Assembly: GCA_000992165.1 (NCBI GenBank)
Contig: LBTS01000002.1
Location: 1-37,947 of the forward strand
From: Candidatus Moranbacteria bacterium GW2011_GWC2_37_8
GTDB lineage: Bacteria; Patescibacteriota; Minisyncoccia; Moranbacterales; GWC2-37-73
Reading direction: 5' to 3'
DNA length: 37,947 bases
Part shown: positions 1 to 7,942 of the stretch, piece by piece
Numbering within the stretch: position 1 is the stretch's first letter
How the letters are laid out: every line of letters begins with the position of its first letter
Made by a program: the position numbers and the translations under genes
The notes under the pieces: model-generated
The model's input: only the letters and a program-made list of their open reading frames with translations
What the model was told of the DNA's origin: nothing
The model's database searches: none

Positions 1-118
1 CGAAATCTCTTGATTCTTAGGTATTTATTCCTAAAAACCCTCAAGAACTTCCTAATTATCATTTTAGAAAAAATCCCAATATGTATTGTATCTCCTACTA
101 GTATCTAATTATTAACCC

Positions 119-147
119 TTGACATATTTATCTTTTTAGATCATAAT
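119..147 (+). promoter_or_regulatory. sigma70-type promoter
   Basis: TTGACA-17 nt-CATAAT upstream of ORF 183. Confidence 0.65.
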
Positions 148-182
148 AGTATTCATGTTCTTAAATAAAATTTCAAGGAGAG

Positions 183-554
183 ATGCAGCCTATGCCATCA
201 GCTTTAAACTCAAGAACTTCCACAAAGAGGCTACGGGAACTTAAATCATTGCTTTCTCAACATGGAGAAGATATCGGCGAATTCGGTGTTTTCTGGGCAG
301 ACAGCCTCATAAAGCGTAATGCCAATCTTGATTCTTGTCCTCCTTGGTATATTATTTCCGAGTTTCAAATCGCACTTAACGATTTGCGAGTTGGAAGATG
401 CTGGGGCTCAAACAGTAAACTCGTAGGTAGAAGCGACCAGTCTATTTACGAGAACATCAGTTTAGCTTTCCCAGACATCGTGGAGGTGATTTTCTCAGAC
501 ACATTTGAGAAAGAACCGGTTTTAACACTCTTCGAGAAACTGAGGAGTATGTAA
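183..554 (+). CDS. hypothetical protein (orphan, 123 aa)
   Basis: ORF with TTGACA-N17-CATAAT promoter (119-147), AAGGAG SD and a downstream palindromic terminator; no family recognised. Confidence 0.7.
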   Translation: MQPMPSALNSRTSTKRLRELKSLLSQHGEDIGEFGVFWADSLIKRNANLDSCPPWYIISEFQIALNDLRVGRCWGSNSKLVGRSDQSIYENISLAFPDIVEVIFSDTFEKEPVLTLFEKLRSM

Positions 555-582
555 TAACCGCCGCTCTGTCCCAACCAATTAA

Positions 583-616
583 AAAGGTCTTTAGCGAAGC
601 TTCGCTAAAGACCTTT
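583..616. terminator. perfect 34-bp palindrome, probable bidirectional terminator
   Basis: AAAGGTCTTTAGCGAAG|CTTCGCTAAAGACCTTT between convergent ORFs, with A/T runs on both sides. Confidence 0.75.
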
Positions 617-667
617 AATTTTTCTCAAAATACTTCACGCTAAGAAGAAGCGACGAGTACGTTGACA

Positions 668-1129
668 TTATTCCGATTTTCCGCCATGAAACAATTTGAA
701 ACTTTCTCGATTTCTTGCAATAGATTCATCACAACTTCTCCTTTCCTCTTCTCTGTAATTCTCCCAAAGCTGGATAAACTCCCGATGAGCAGTTAATAGT
801 TCAGCGATTATATCAGCTGGTCTAAGCATCGCCTTGTGATCAAGGAAAAACTTATTGCCATATTTGAGTTCACCGTAAACCCGATCCTTCACGTACAAGA
901 GTTCTTCTTTTCCACTACCGGAAACATCAAAGAATAAAACTATTTTCGGTTGCCTGCTAAACTGGCGGACAATCATTCTGTAGCTAATAAATTTAGCTCT
1001 TTCACTACATAAAGTAGGCCACGGGTTATCAATGTCTAAATAAAAATACCATTTATCTTTGATTTCGTAGATATCAAGCATTCCCACCTCAACTAGCGGA
1101 CTCTTCTTGTTAATATCCGTAATTTCCAT
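668..1129 (-). CDS. hypothetical protein (orphan, about 153 aa)
   Basis: Part of ORF 668..1207; start moved to ATG 1129 (MEITDINKK), which follows a GGGAGGG SD. Confidence 0.65.
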   Translation of the reverse strand: MEITDINKKSPLVEVGMLDIYEIKDKWYFYLDIDNPWPTLCSERAKFISYRMIVRQFSRQPKIVLFFDVSGSGKEELLYVKDRVYGELKYGNKFFLDHKAMLRPADIIAELLTAHREFIQLWENYREEERRSCDESIARNRESFKLFHGGKSE

Positions 1130-1377
1130 ATGCCCTCCCGTTGGCATCATTGAATTGATAATGGTTGATAAAATTTTAAATAGCAATTTTAAACAAAACT
1201 TTAACACGAAGTTTCCCAGCAGTCAATTCGTGCAAATAGCCAAAGCGCAATAAACAAATTTTAATGGTTTGCAGTTTTGTTTATTAATTGATATAGTAAA
1301 TAACCTTGTAATTTAATAAATATTTTACTTTTCAAAGTAAAATCATAAAAAAATACTTCAGCCACAGAGGAGGAATA

Positions 1378-1773
1378 ATGCTTCAAAACAAATTTCGTCC
1401 GCTTCTATTATTCGTAGTATATCCCTCTATTTTTGAGGACTTGATACGCGACCAGACACTTCACAGAAAATTGCGCGAGAGGGGCACTATCGACTTTGGA
1501 TTCAGACGTACAATCGAAGACATCGATTTAAAAAGCGGCAATGTCTATGTAATAATGTTTCTCGATGAAAATGCCCCATGGGATTGGATGAGACTTGCCA
1601 AACAAAACATAAAAAATGAGAAATTCTGCGTAATTCACAATTTAGGTAAATTCAAAGGTCCAAACAATTATCGTATTATAACACCAAGCATCAGCATTTT
1701 TCATTTCATGATGGCGTTTTCCAGGTTAAGAGAAGCTTTCCCTGTTTTAATGAGAACACGAGGAAACCCATAG
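1378..1773 (+). CDS. hypothetical protein (orphan, 131 aa)
   Basis: ORF with GAGGAGG SD; alternating alpha/beta-like pattern. Confidence 0.65.
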   Translation: MLQNKFRPLLLFVVYPSIFEDLIRDQTLHRKLRERGTIDFGFRRTIEDIDLKSGNVYVIMFLDENAPWDWMRLAKQNIKNEKFCVIHNLGKFKGPNNYRIITPSISIFHFMMAFSRLREAFPVLMRTRGNP

Positions 1774-1791
1774 ATAACCAGGAGGTAAGAC

Positions 1792-2154
1792 ATGCTTAAG
1801 GATACAATCACCGTCACTATTTTTCTGGCACTTAGCCTTTCATGCGTCTTCACTGCTCCCAGATTCACCTCTTATAAATCTTACAAACACGAAGAAGGCT
1901 ATCCGCGAGCGTTCCGTTCCATCATGATATCCATCGGGATATTGCTTTTCGCCTTGGCGTACATTTTTCTTTCCCAAGCATGTACGATAATATTCAAAAA
2001 CATACTTTTGAAATGCTCGTACCGGGTTGATCCATCGTTAAATATTGCATTTTCATATTTATGCATGATCGCAATATTACCTCAGATGATCGATCTCCAC
2101 AGAGCAGCAATTAGAAATAGGATTCTCAAAGAATTCTGCCGAGTCAAACAATAA
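1792..2154 (+). CDS. hypothetical membrane protein (about 3 TM segments)
   Basis: AGGAGGT SD; three hydrophobic stretches; terminator follows. Confidence 0.7.
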   Translation: MLKDTITVTIFLALSLSCVFTAPRFTSYKSYKHEEGYPRAFRSIMISIGILLFALAYIFLSQACTIIFKNILLKCSYRVDPSLNIAFSYLCMIAILPQMIDLHRAAIRNRILKEFCRVKQ

Positions 2155-2195
2155 AAAAAAGTCAGTCAACGTACTGGCTCCCGCACTCACCCCTG

Positions 2196-2226
2196 AGCTC
2201 CGTCATCGTTTGACGGAGCTTTTTTA
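2196..2226 (+). terminator. intrinsic terminator
   Basis: AGCTCCGTCA-tcgtt-TGACGGAGCT then T6. Confidence 0.85.
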
Positions 2227-2416
2227 AACTGTGGAAAAACACTCGGCTTGCTTTTTATTTTTAAACAATATGATTTAATTCCTTATATCAAAAATTACTG
2301 ACTGAATTTGTCATTAATCATTCAGATTTGACATTTCTTTCATTTTCAATCAGATTTAAATTAAGGAATAACCAAATCAATGAGTGATCACACCACAACA
2401 AGGGGAGGGTGTTTCA

Positions 2417-2764
2417 ATGACAAGAAAATTTTCTCGCGTCATCGTCAGCACGGATATTCCAGGGTTTTTAAGGTACCTGGGCTTGAACAGAATTCCCTAT
2501 TGCACATGGGGCATGCAAGGTGAAGACTTTCAGAGCCGCGAAATTGATCCGGAAAACCTGTACGTTTTTGCCTATCGCAATCCCGCGGAGGCAGTACTCA
2601 CCTTCCTTGCAAGTAAGGTGACGGAGGAAAACGTCCTGGTGTTTTTCCGTCGGCCCGGCTCAGGATTCACCTCGAGCGATGAACGATTGAAAAACATAAC
2701 CATGATTTCAGGAGACACGCTCTTGCAACGTGTCCAACAGGAAGTCGCAAAAGTATTCAGCTAA
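2417..2764 (+). CDS. hypothetical protein (orphan, about 115 aa)
   Basis: Part of ORF 2384..2764; ATG 2417 follows a GGGGAGGG SD; terminator follows. Confidence 0.7.
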   Translation: MTRKFSRVIVSTDIPGFLRYLGLNRIPYCTWGMQGEDFQSREIDPENLYVFAYRNPAEAVLTFLASKVTEENVLVFFRRPGSGFTSSDERLKNITMISGDTLLQRVQQEVAKVFS

Positions 2765-2793
2765 AAAACGGGAGAGAATCAATTTCCCAACCT

Positions 2794-2824
2794 AAAGCCT
2801 CGCGGCAACATCGCGAGGCTTTTT
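2794..2824 (+). terminator. intrinsic terminator, copy 1 of a duplicated hairpin
   Basis: AAAGCCTCGCGGCAACATCGCGAGGCTTTTT. Confidence 0.85.
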
Positions 2825-2951
2825 CTTATGCCATTTTAATCCCAATTCCAATATCACTACCATATGAAGTAGAATGATAGTGATATTTCTCAATGAGTTA
2901 TTGTAGACTTTTAAAAATTTAGGAGTAGTATTCATATTAACAAACAAAAAT

Positions 2952-3242
2952 ATGGGAAGAAAAACTAACGCAACAAACAAAAAAGCCAGCGGCAAACACA
3001 CCACACTCACTGATACTAGCGCGCCGGTTTATAATTTTATTTGCAAAATTCCTGAGGTTTCTTCTGTTAGCGCAGGACAGATCAAAATGAATCTTCCCAA
3101 TGCTCCCCACAGAATAATCATCAAGGAAATGACCGGCTGTTTATCAATAAAAATCAGAAGCACAAAGAGCATACAAGAACTCAAAATCTATTCACAATCA
3201 CTGGAAAATGTAAAAAGGATTCTGGAGGAAAAATATTCATAA
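2952..3242 (+). CDS. small basic protein, DUF2103-like
   Basis: GKHTTL...KIPEVSSVSAGQIK...IKIRSTKSIQELKIY resembles DUF2103 (from memory). Confidence 0.6.
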   Translation: MGRKTNATNKKASGKHTTLTDTSAPVYNFICKIPEVSSVSAGQIKMNLPNAPHRIIIKEMTGCLSIKIRSTKSIQELKIYSQSLENVKRILEEKYS

Positions 3243-3329
3243 CGTGCTATTGACAATTTTAAATATTTAGTCTTTAATATATTGATGTGCTTTTGAGCAC
3301 AATATCTTGTTCTTTAAAAGGAGTTGGTC

Positions 3330-3668
3330 ATGAATTTTCCTGAGCTTTCCCTGTTCGTCTTTTATTTCGTCATCGGATCATATGAGGGCTTTATCCTTGC
3401 TATTGCCTTCATCATACTCATGTTTAAATTAAAAAGAGAATCGGAAAATTATCGGCTATTATCCATGCTCACTTTCTGTGGATACATAGCAGGAAGTCTT
3501 TTGGAGGTACCACTGCTTCCATACATCAAAGCTTTTGTAATTCATGCACTTGGACCAATGTCCGACTGGATTCGCGGAGTAAATAATTGCCAGGTCATGT
3601 TCACTGGAACAATTTCAACTGCCATAATTACGGTCATTTTGGGACTCAAAAAAATGAGATATTTCTAA
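3330..3668 (+). CDS. hypothetical membrane protein
   Basis: TTGACA-N17-TTTAAT promoter (3250-3278), AAAGGAG SD, three hydrophobic segments. Confidence 0.7.
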   Translation: MNFPELSLFVFYFVIGSYEGFILAIAFIILMFKLKRESENYRLLSMLTFCGYIAGSLLEVPLLPYIKAFVIHALGPMSDWIRGVNNCQVMFTGTISTAIITVILGLKKMRYF

Positions 3669-3690
3669 TCAAACAAGGCAGATCACAAAC

Positions 3691-3721
3691 AAAGCCTCGC
3701 GGCATCGTCGCGAGGCTTTTT
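3691..3721 (+). terminator. intrinsic terminator, copy 2 of a duplicated hairpin
   Basis: AAAGCCTCGCGGCATCGTCGCGAGGCTTTTT. Confidence 0.85.
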
Positions 3722-3754
3722 ACTTTTACTGCTATATATAGTTGTATAGTAGTG

Positions 3755-3784
3755 AAAAGAGCGAGGCTAAGTGCCTCGCTCTTT
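3755..3784 (-). terminator. dnaK terminator
   Basis: AAAGAGCGAGGC-taagt-GCCTCGCTCTTT just past the dnaK stop. Confidence 0.8.
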
Positions 3785-3790
3785 AAAAGA

Positions 3791-5710
3791 TTATTTTTTT
3801 TCTTCGTCTTTTTTATCCTCATCCTTTTTCTCCTCTTCAACCTCTGCCTCTTTCACTGTTTCACCTTCTGCGCCAGCGTTGGCTTCTTTGTCTGCCTTTT
3901 CTTTTTCTTGAGCAGCAGCATAAAGTTTTTCACCAATTTTTTGAGCAGCTTGTGAGAGTGTTTCGGTTTTGGCCTTGATTTCGTTAAGGTCCTCCCCATT
4001 CTTCACCTTATTTAGTTCTTCGATTGCTTCTTTGACTGGTTTGGTTTCTTCTTCAGTCACTTTGTCGCCTGCATCTCGCATTGCTTTTTCAGTAGTGTAT
4101 ACAAGAGTATCAGCAATGTTGCGAGCTTCAATCAATTCTTTCTTTTGTTTGTCTTCTTCTGCATGCATTTCTGCATCTTTTTTCATTTTCTCAATTTCTT
4201 CTTTTGAAAGTCCTGATGAAGCTTCGATTTTGATCGATTGTGATTTTCCGGTTGCTTTATCCTTAGCAGTCACATTCAAGATTCCATTCGCATCAATATC
4301 AAATTCAACTTCAATTTGAGGAACTCCGCGAGGAGCTGGCGGAATTCCATCAAGCAAGAATTTTCCAAGAGTCTTGTTTCCAGAGGCAAGTTCTCTTTCT
4401 CCTTGAAGAACATGGATTTCAACGCCTGGTTGACTGTCTGCTGCAGTTGAGAATGTTTGAGTCTTTGAAGTTGGAACAGTTGTATTTCTTTCAATAAGCG
4501 GAGTTGAAACTCCACCCATTGTTTCGATTCCCAATGTCAAAGGTGTCACATCTAAAAGCAAAACATCTTTCACGCTTCCTTCAAGCACACCTCCTTGAAT
4601 TGCAGCTCCAAGTGCTACCACTTCGTCAGGATTTACTGAAATGTTTGGTTTTTTACCAAAAAATTTCTCAACAGTCTGAAGAACAAGTGGCATGCGTGTC
4701 ATTCCTCCAACCATCACGATTTCATTAATATCCCCAACAGAAAGTTTTGCATCAGCAAGAGCTTTTTTCACTGGTTCCAAAGTTTTTTGAACAAGGTCGC
4801 CAACCAATTCTTCCAATTTTGCGCGGCTCATCTTCATCACTAAATGTTTCGGACCCGATGCATCAGATGTAATAAATGGTTGATTGATTTCAGTGTCAGC
4901 TGCGGTTGAAAGTTCAATCTTAGCTTTTTCAGCAGCTTCCTTGATTCGTTGCAGCGAAAGAGGATCATTAGAAAGATCAATTCCTTCTTGTTTTTTGAAT
5001 TCATCAATAATCCATCGGATAATGATTTGATCAAAATCGTCTCCTCCAAGATGAGTATCACCATTTGTTGATTTCACCTCCACAGTGTCGCCTCCGACTT
5101 CCAAAATGGAAATATCGAAAGTTCCTCCACCCAAATCATACACTGCAATTTTTTCGTCAGCTTTTTTATCAAAACCATAAGCCAAAGCAGCTGCAGTCGG
5201 TTCATTGATAATTCGACGAACATTGAGACCTGCGATTTCTCCAGCTTCTTTTGTGGCTTTTCTTTGCGCGTCGTCAAAATATGCAGGAACAGTAATCACA
5301 GCGTCGGTGATTTTTTCTCCAAGTTTTTCTTCAGCGTCAGCTTTCAATTTTCCCAAAATCATGGCAGAAATTTCCTGCGGAGTATAGTCCTTATCTCCCA
5401 TAGTTACTTTCACAGTTTCGCCAGCATGCACAATTTTGTATGGCATGAGTTTTTCATCTCGCTGAACTTCAGCGTCATGATATGCTCGTCCAATCAAACG
5501 TTTGATTGAATACAAAGTGTTTGCAGGATTTGTCACTGATTGACGCTTTGCTAAAAGTCCAACCAAACGTTCACCTGTTTTTGAGATTGCGACCATAGAT
5601 GGAGTTGTTCGCGCGCCTTCTTTGTTTTCCACTATTTCCGGTTTACCACCCATAACAACCGCCATGGCGCTGTTAGTGGTTCCCAAGTCAATTCCGAGAA
5701 TTTTTCCCAT
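3791..5710 (-). CDS. dnaK: chaperone DnaK (Hsp70)
   Basis: [41 protein letters not shown] motifs. Confidence 0.99.
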   Translation of the reverse strand: MGKILGIDLGTTNSAMAVVMGGKPEIVENKEGARTTPSMVAISKTGERLVGLLAKRQSVTNPANTLYSIKRLIGRAYHDAEVQRDEKLMPYKIVHAGETVKVTMGDKDYTPQEISAMILGKLKADAEEKLGEKITDAVITVPAYFDDAQRKATKEAGEIAGLNVRRIINEPTAAALAYGFDKKADEKIAVYDLGGGTFDISILEVGGDTVEVKSTNGDTHLGGDDFDQIIIRWIIDEFKKQEGIDLSNDPLSLQRIKEAAEKAKIELSTAADTEINQPFITSDASGPKHLVMKMSRAKLEELVGDLVQKTLEPVKKALADAKLSVGDINEIVMVGGMTRMPLVLQTVEKFFGKKPNISVNPDEVVALGAAIQGGVLEGSVKDVLLLDVTPLTLGIETMGGVSTPLIERNTTVPTSKTQTFSTAADSQPGVEIHVLQGERELASGNKTLGKFLLDGIPPAPRGVPQIEVEFDIDANGILNVTAKDKATGKSQSIKIEASSGLSKEEIEKMKKDAEMHAEEDKQKKELIEARNIADTLVYTTEKAMRDAGDKVTEEETKPVKEAIEELNKVKNGEDLNEIKAKTETLSQAAQKIGEKLYAAAQEKEKADKEANAGAEGETVKEAEVEEEKKDEDKKDEEKK

Positions 5711-5721
5711 ATTTTTTTGCT

Positions 5722-5764
5722 CCTACGAATTACAAATCAGATACAAATTTACAAATGTACAAAT
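5722..5764. repeat. TACAAAT-type octamer array, direct-repeat copy 1
   Basis: CTACGAATTACAAATCAGATACAAATTTACAAATGTACAAAT; near copy at 6207-6249. Confidence 0.75.
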
Positions 5765-5842
5765 AAATGCACAAATTCAACAGCAAGATTGTAAATAGCA
5801 GGTTAGGTTAATTACTTTTTATTACAATTTATTAATTTCTTT

Positions 5843-5926
5843 GTCATTCCCATGAAAATGGGAATCCAGACCTAATTTAAATCGCGAGATAAAGATTGGC
5901 TGGATTTCCGCTTTCGCGGGAATGAC
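5843..5926. repeat. REP-like palindromic doublet (GTCATTCC...GGAATCCAG / CTGGAT...GGAATGAC)
   Basis: Two inverted 27-nt units, each a hairpin; related units at 9181, 25411, 25451 and 29231. Confidence 0.85.
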
Positions 5927-5996
5927 AATATTTTGTTATCACATAATGTCAAAATGACAAAATGCTTGTACGTTTGCATGTTTAAATGTTATGATA

Positions 5997-6072
5997 GCTT
6001 CAGAGTTGAGCACATCGTTTGCCCGCTTCGTCCAGCTGGGATATTTAAACAAATGCCCTCTGGGCTTTTTTT
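5997..6072 (+). ncRNA. candidate small RNA 1, antisense to the grpE-dnaK spacer
   Basis: Extended -10 TGtTATGAT (5987-5995), GC-richer body with CAGAG/CTCTG and GTTT/AAAC pairings, GCCC-tct-GGGC-T7 end. Confidence 0.35.
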
Positions 6073-6126
6073 GTTATTAAATTTCAATATTAATTGACAA
6101 ATAACGTGTTTCCCCTAAACTATAAC

Positions 6127-6198
6127 TATTGAGTCTGTTCGCGAAACGTGAATAGGCATGCCCTGGCGACTTGCCCTCCTAGTCGCCAGGGTTTTTTT
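6127..6198 (+). ncRNA. candidate small RNA 2, two hairpins, anti-SD loop
   Basis: TTGACA(6094)-N16-TAAACT; hairpin GTCTGTTCGCG-aaa-CGTGAATAGGC; terminator CCCTGGCGACT-tgccctcct-AGTCGCCAGGG-T7. Confidence 0.55.
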
Positions 6199-6206
6199 AT
6201 TTATCC

Positions 6207-6249
6207 CTACGAAATTACAAATTAATTACAAATTTACAAATATACAAAA
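6207..6249. repeat. TACAAAT-type octamer array, direct-repeat copy 2
   Basis: CTACGAAATTACAAATTAATTACAAATTTACAAATATACAAAA. Confidence 0.75.
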
Positions 6250-6277
6250 TGAATTTCAAATTACACCTTTCTTAAAA

Positions 6278-6847
6278 TTACTGAACAACTACTCTTGCTG
6301 GACGCACAATTTTTTCTCCCATCTTATATCCTTGCATCACAACTTTCTTAATCTTATTTTCAAATTTCTTTTCACCTTCACAGTGCAAACATTCTTTGTC
6401 CTCAATTGCTTCGTGCATTACCGGATCAAATGTGTCTCCAATTTTTGCAGAAATTTCTTCTACACCATTTTCACTAAGTACATTTTCAAGTTGCTTTTGA
6501 ATGTGCATGATTCCAACAACCCATCCTCCTTCTTTTTGATCTTCCGGAATGTGCGCAGTAGACATATGGAAATTGTCCAGCACTGGAATAATCTGCAAAA
6601 GAATATTGGATGCAGCATATTTAACCAAATCTTTTTGTGAATCACTTTGCATCTTTTTATAATTCTCAAAATCAGCTTGGCAACGCTTCCAACCATCAAG
6701 ATACTCAGCCGCCTTCTTTTCAATTTCCAAAAGTTCATTCTCTTGTTCAACTACAATCTCTTCTTCGATATCCTTGATGTCCTTCACTTCATCAGATTCC
6801 TTGATTGGCTCTTTTTCTTCTTTGGATTTTTTATGTTCTTTTGACAT
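6278..6847 (-). CDS. grpE: nucleotide exchange factor GrpE
   Basis: ADFENYKK, PVLDNF, FDPVMHEAI, GYKMGEKIVRPARVVV; lies between hrcA and dnaK. Confidence 0.98.
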   Translation of the reverse strand: MSKEHKKSKEEKEPIKESDEVKDIKDIEEEIVVEQENELLEIEKKAAEYLDGWKRCQADFENYKKMQSDSQKDLVKYAASNILLQIIPVLDNFHMSTAHIPEDQKEGGWVVGIMHIQKQLENVLSENGVEEISAKIGDTFDPVMHEAIEDKECLHCEGEKKFENKIKKVVMQGYKMGEKIVRPARVVVQ

Positions 6848-6851
6848 ATTT

Positions 6852-7015
6852 TAATCTTTAATTTTGAATTTAAAATTTTAAATTTTGAATGTCCTCCAAG
6901 GATAAGCCCGGAGCAAAAATTTTTAATGCTTTAATTATTTAAACATTTTGTCATTCTGATTTGATTCAAAACCTGCCTGCCGGTAGGCAAGGTTCGAAAT
7001 TCAGAATTCGAAATT
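6852..7015. repeat. inverted heptamer arrays interrupted by two small GC-rich palindromes
   Basis: TTTGAAT-type units 6852-6890 versus TTCGAAA/ATTCAGA units 6993-7015; inserts at 6891-6914 and CCTGCCTGCCGGTAGGCAAGG at 6972-6992. Confidence 0.7.
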
Positions 7016-7751
7016 ATATTATATTTATCATTACTATTATTACCATCGATGCCCCTAATAGTTTCTTAACGTATTCAATCATGGATTTATTTTTCGCATA
7101 AGCCATACGTTTTGGACCAATGAGCGCCAATATTCCTTTCTCTCCGCTGCTCAATCTATATGGCGAAACAATCATTGAGCAATTATCAGTTCCTACAATT
7201 GGATTTTCCTTACCGATGAAAATTTTTGTCTCACCTTCTTTCATGTCCCTGGTGAGTTGTTCAAACTTTTCATCAATATAGTCCAGGACTTCAACCAATC
7301 GGCACATTTCATCCATTTCTTGAAATTCAGGAGCTTCCATTAGTTCACGCATTCCAAAATCTGAAAATTCATCATTGTTTCCGCTTATGGCAAAATTTCC
7401 GCTCACATGTGACAAAAGTTTTGCTGTCGTTCTCGTAAGCCTAGAGTTTTGAGCTTTCAGTTTCAAAAATTCTCTTTGCATTTTTTGCTGTTCATCTTTC
7501 GAAAGTTCTTTTTCTTTCATCACTTCTTCCACAAAATATCGATATCCTTTATCGGTAGGAATTCTTCCTGCGCTGATATGCGGCTGATACAAATATCCTT
7601 CATCCTCCAAGGTCATCATGTCATTCCTGATTGTAGCAGGACTCACTGCAAACTTGTATTTTCCAACCAAAATCTGAGAACCAACTGGAATGGCCGTTTG
7701 CGTGTATTCTTCAATCACTGCTGATAAAATTTTTTCTTGCCTTTCGTTCAT
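7014..7751 (-). CDS. hrcA: heat-inducible transcription repressor HrcA (short form)
   Basis: PVGS, SPATIRNDM, QPHISAGRIPTDKGYRYFV, IGPKRMAY; CIRCE upstream. Confidence 0.97.
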   Translation of the reverse strand: MNERQEKILSAVIEEYTQTAIPVGSQILVGKYKFAVSPATIRNDMMTLEDEGYLYQPHISAGRIPTDKGYRYFVEEVMKEKELSKDEQQKMQREFLKLKAQNSRLTRTTAKLLSHVSGNFAISGNNDEFSDFGMRELMEAPEFQEMDEMCRLVEVLDYIDEKFEQLTRDMKEGETKIFIGKENPIVGTDNCSMIVSPYRLSSGEKGILALIGPKRMAYAKNKSMIEYVKKLLGASMVIIVMINII

Positions 7752-7817
7752 ATGAACAGGACATTAGCTTTTTAGGCCATAGCTTCTTAGCTCATGGAAA
7801 TATTTATTTGTATTTTT

Positions 7818-7846
7818 ATTGTATATCATGAATTAGCAGTCGTCAA
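7818..7846 (-). promoter_or_regulatory. sigma70 promoter of hrcA-grpE-dnaK, overlapping CIRCE
   Basis: Minus strand TTGACG-17 nt-TACAAT. Confidence 0.8.
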
Positions 7847-7859
7847 GTCCGAGTGCTAA
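7833..7859. promoter_or_regulatory. CIRCE operator (HrcA binding site)
   Basis: TTAGCAGTC-N9-GAGTGCTAA, one mismatch to TTAGCACTC-N9-GAGTGCTAA. Confidence 0.95.
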
Positions 7860-7885
7860 TTTGATATTATCAACCATCTTTATAT

Positions 7886-7923
7886 AAAAAAAGAAGGTTG
7901 ACTGAGTTACTCAGCCAACCTTC
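7886..7923 (-). terminator. intrinsic terminator of the Cys-rich small-ORF cluster
   Basis: GAAGGTTG-a-CTGAG-tta-CTCAG-c-CAACCTTC with T7 on the minus strand. Confidence 0.8.
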
Positions 7924-7942
7924 CCGTTGCGCACAATGCGCC

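Noticed and set aside
3587-5509. Short ORFs overlapping dnaK on either strand, and similar ones inside cysS, dnaB, alaS, pheT, pheS and tyrS
   Set aside because: Shadow frames of well-supported genes, with no recognisable motifs
6158-6640. 160-aa plus-strand ORF
   Set aside because: Antisense to grpE and begins inside a terminator hairpin and repeat array
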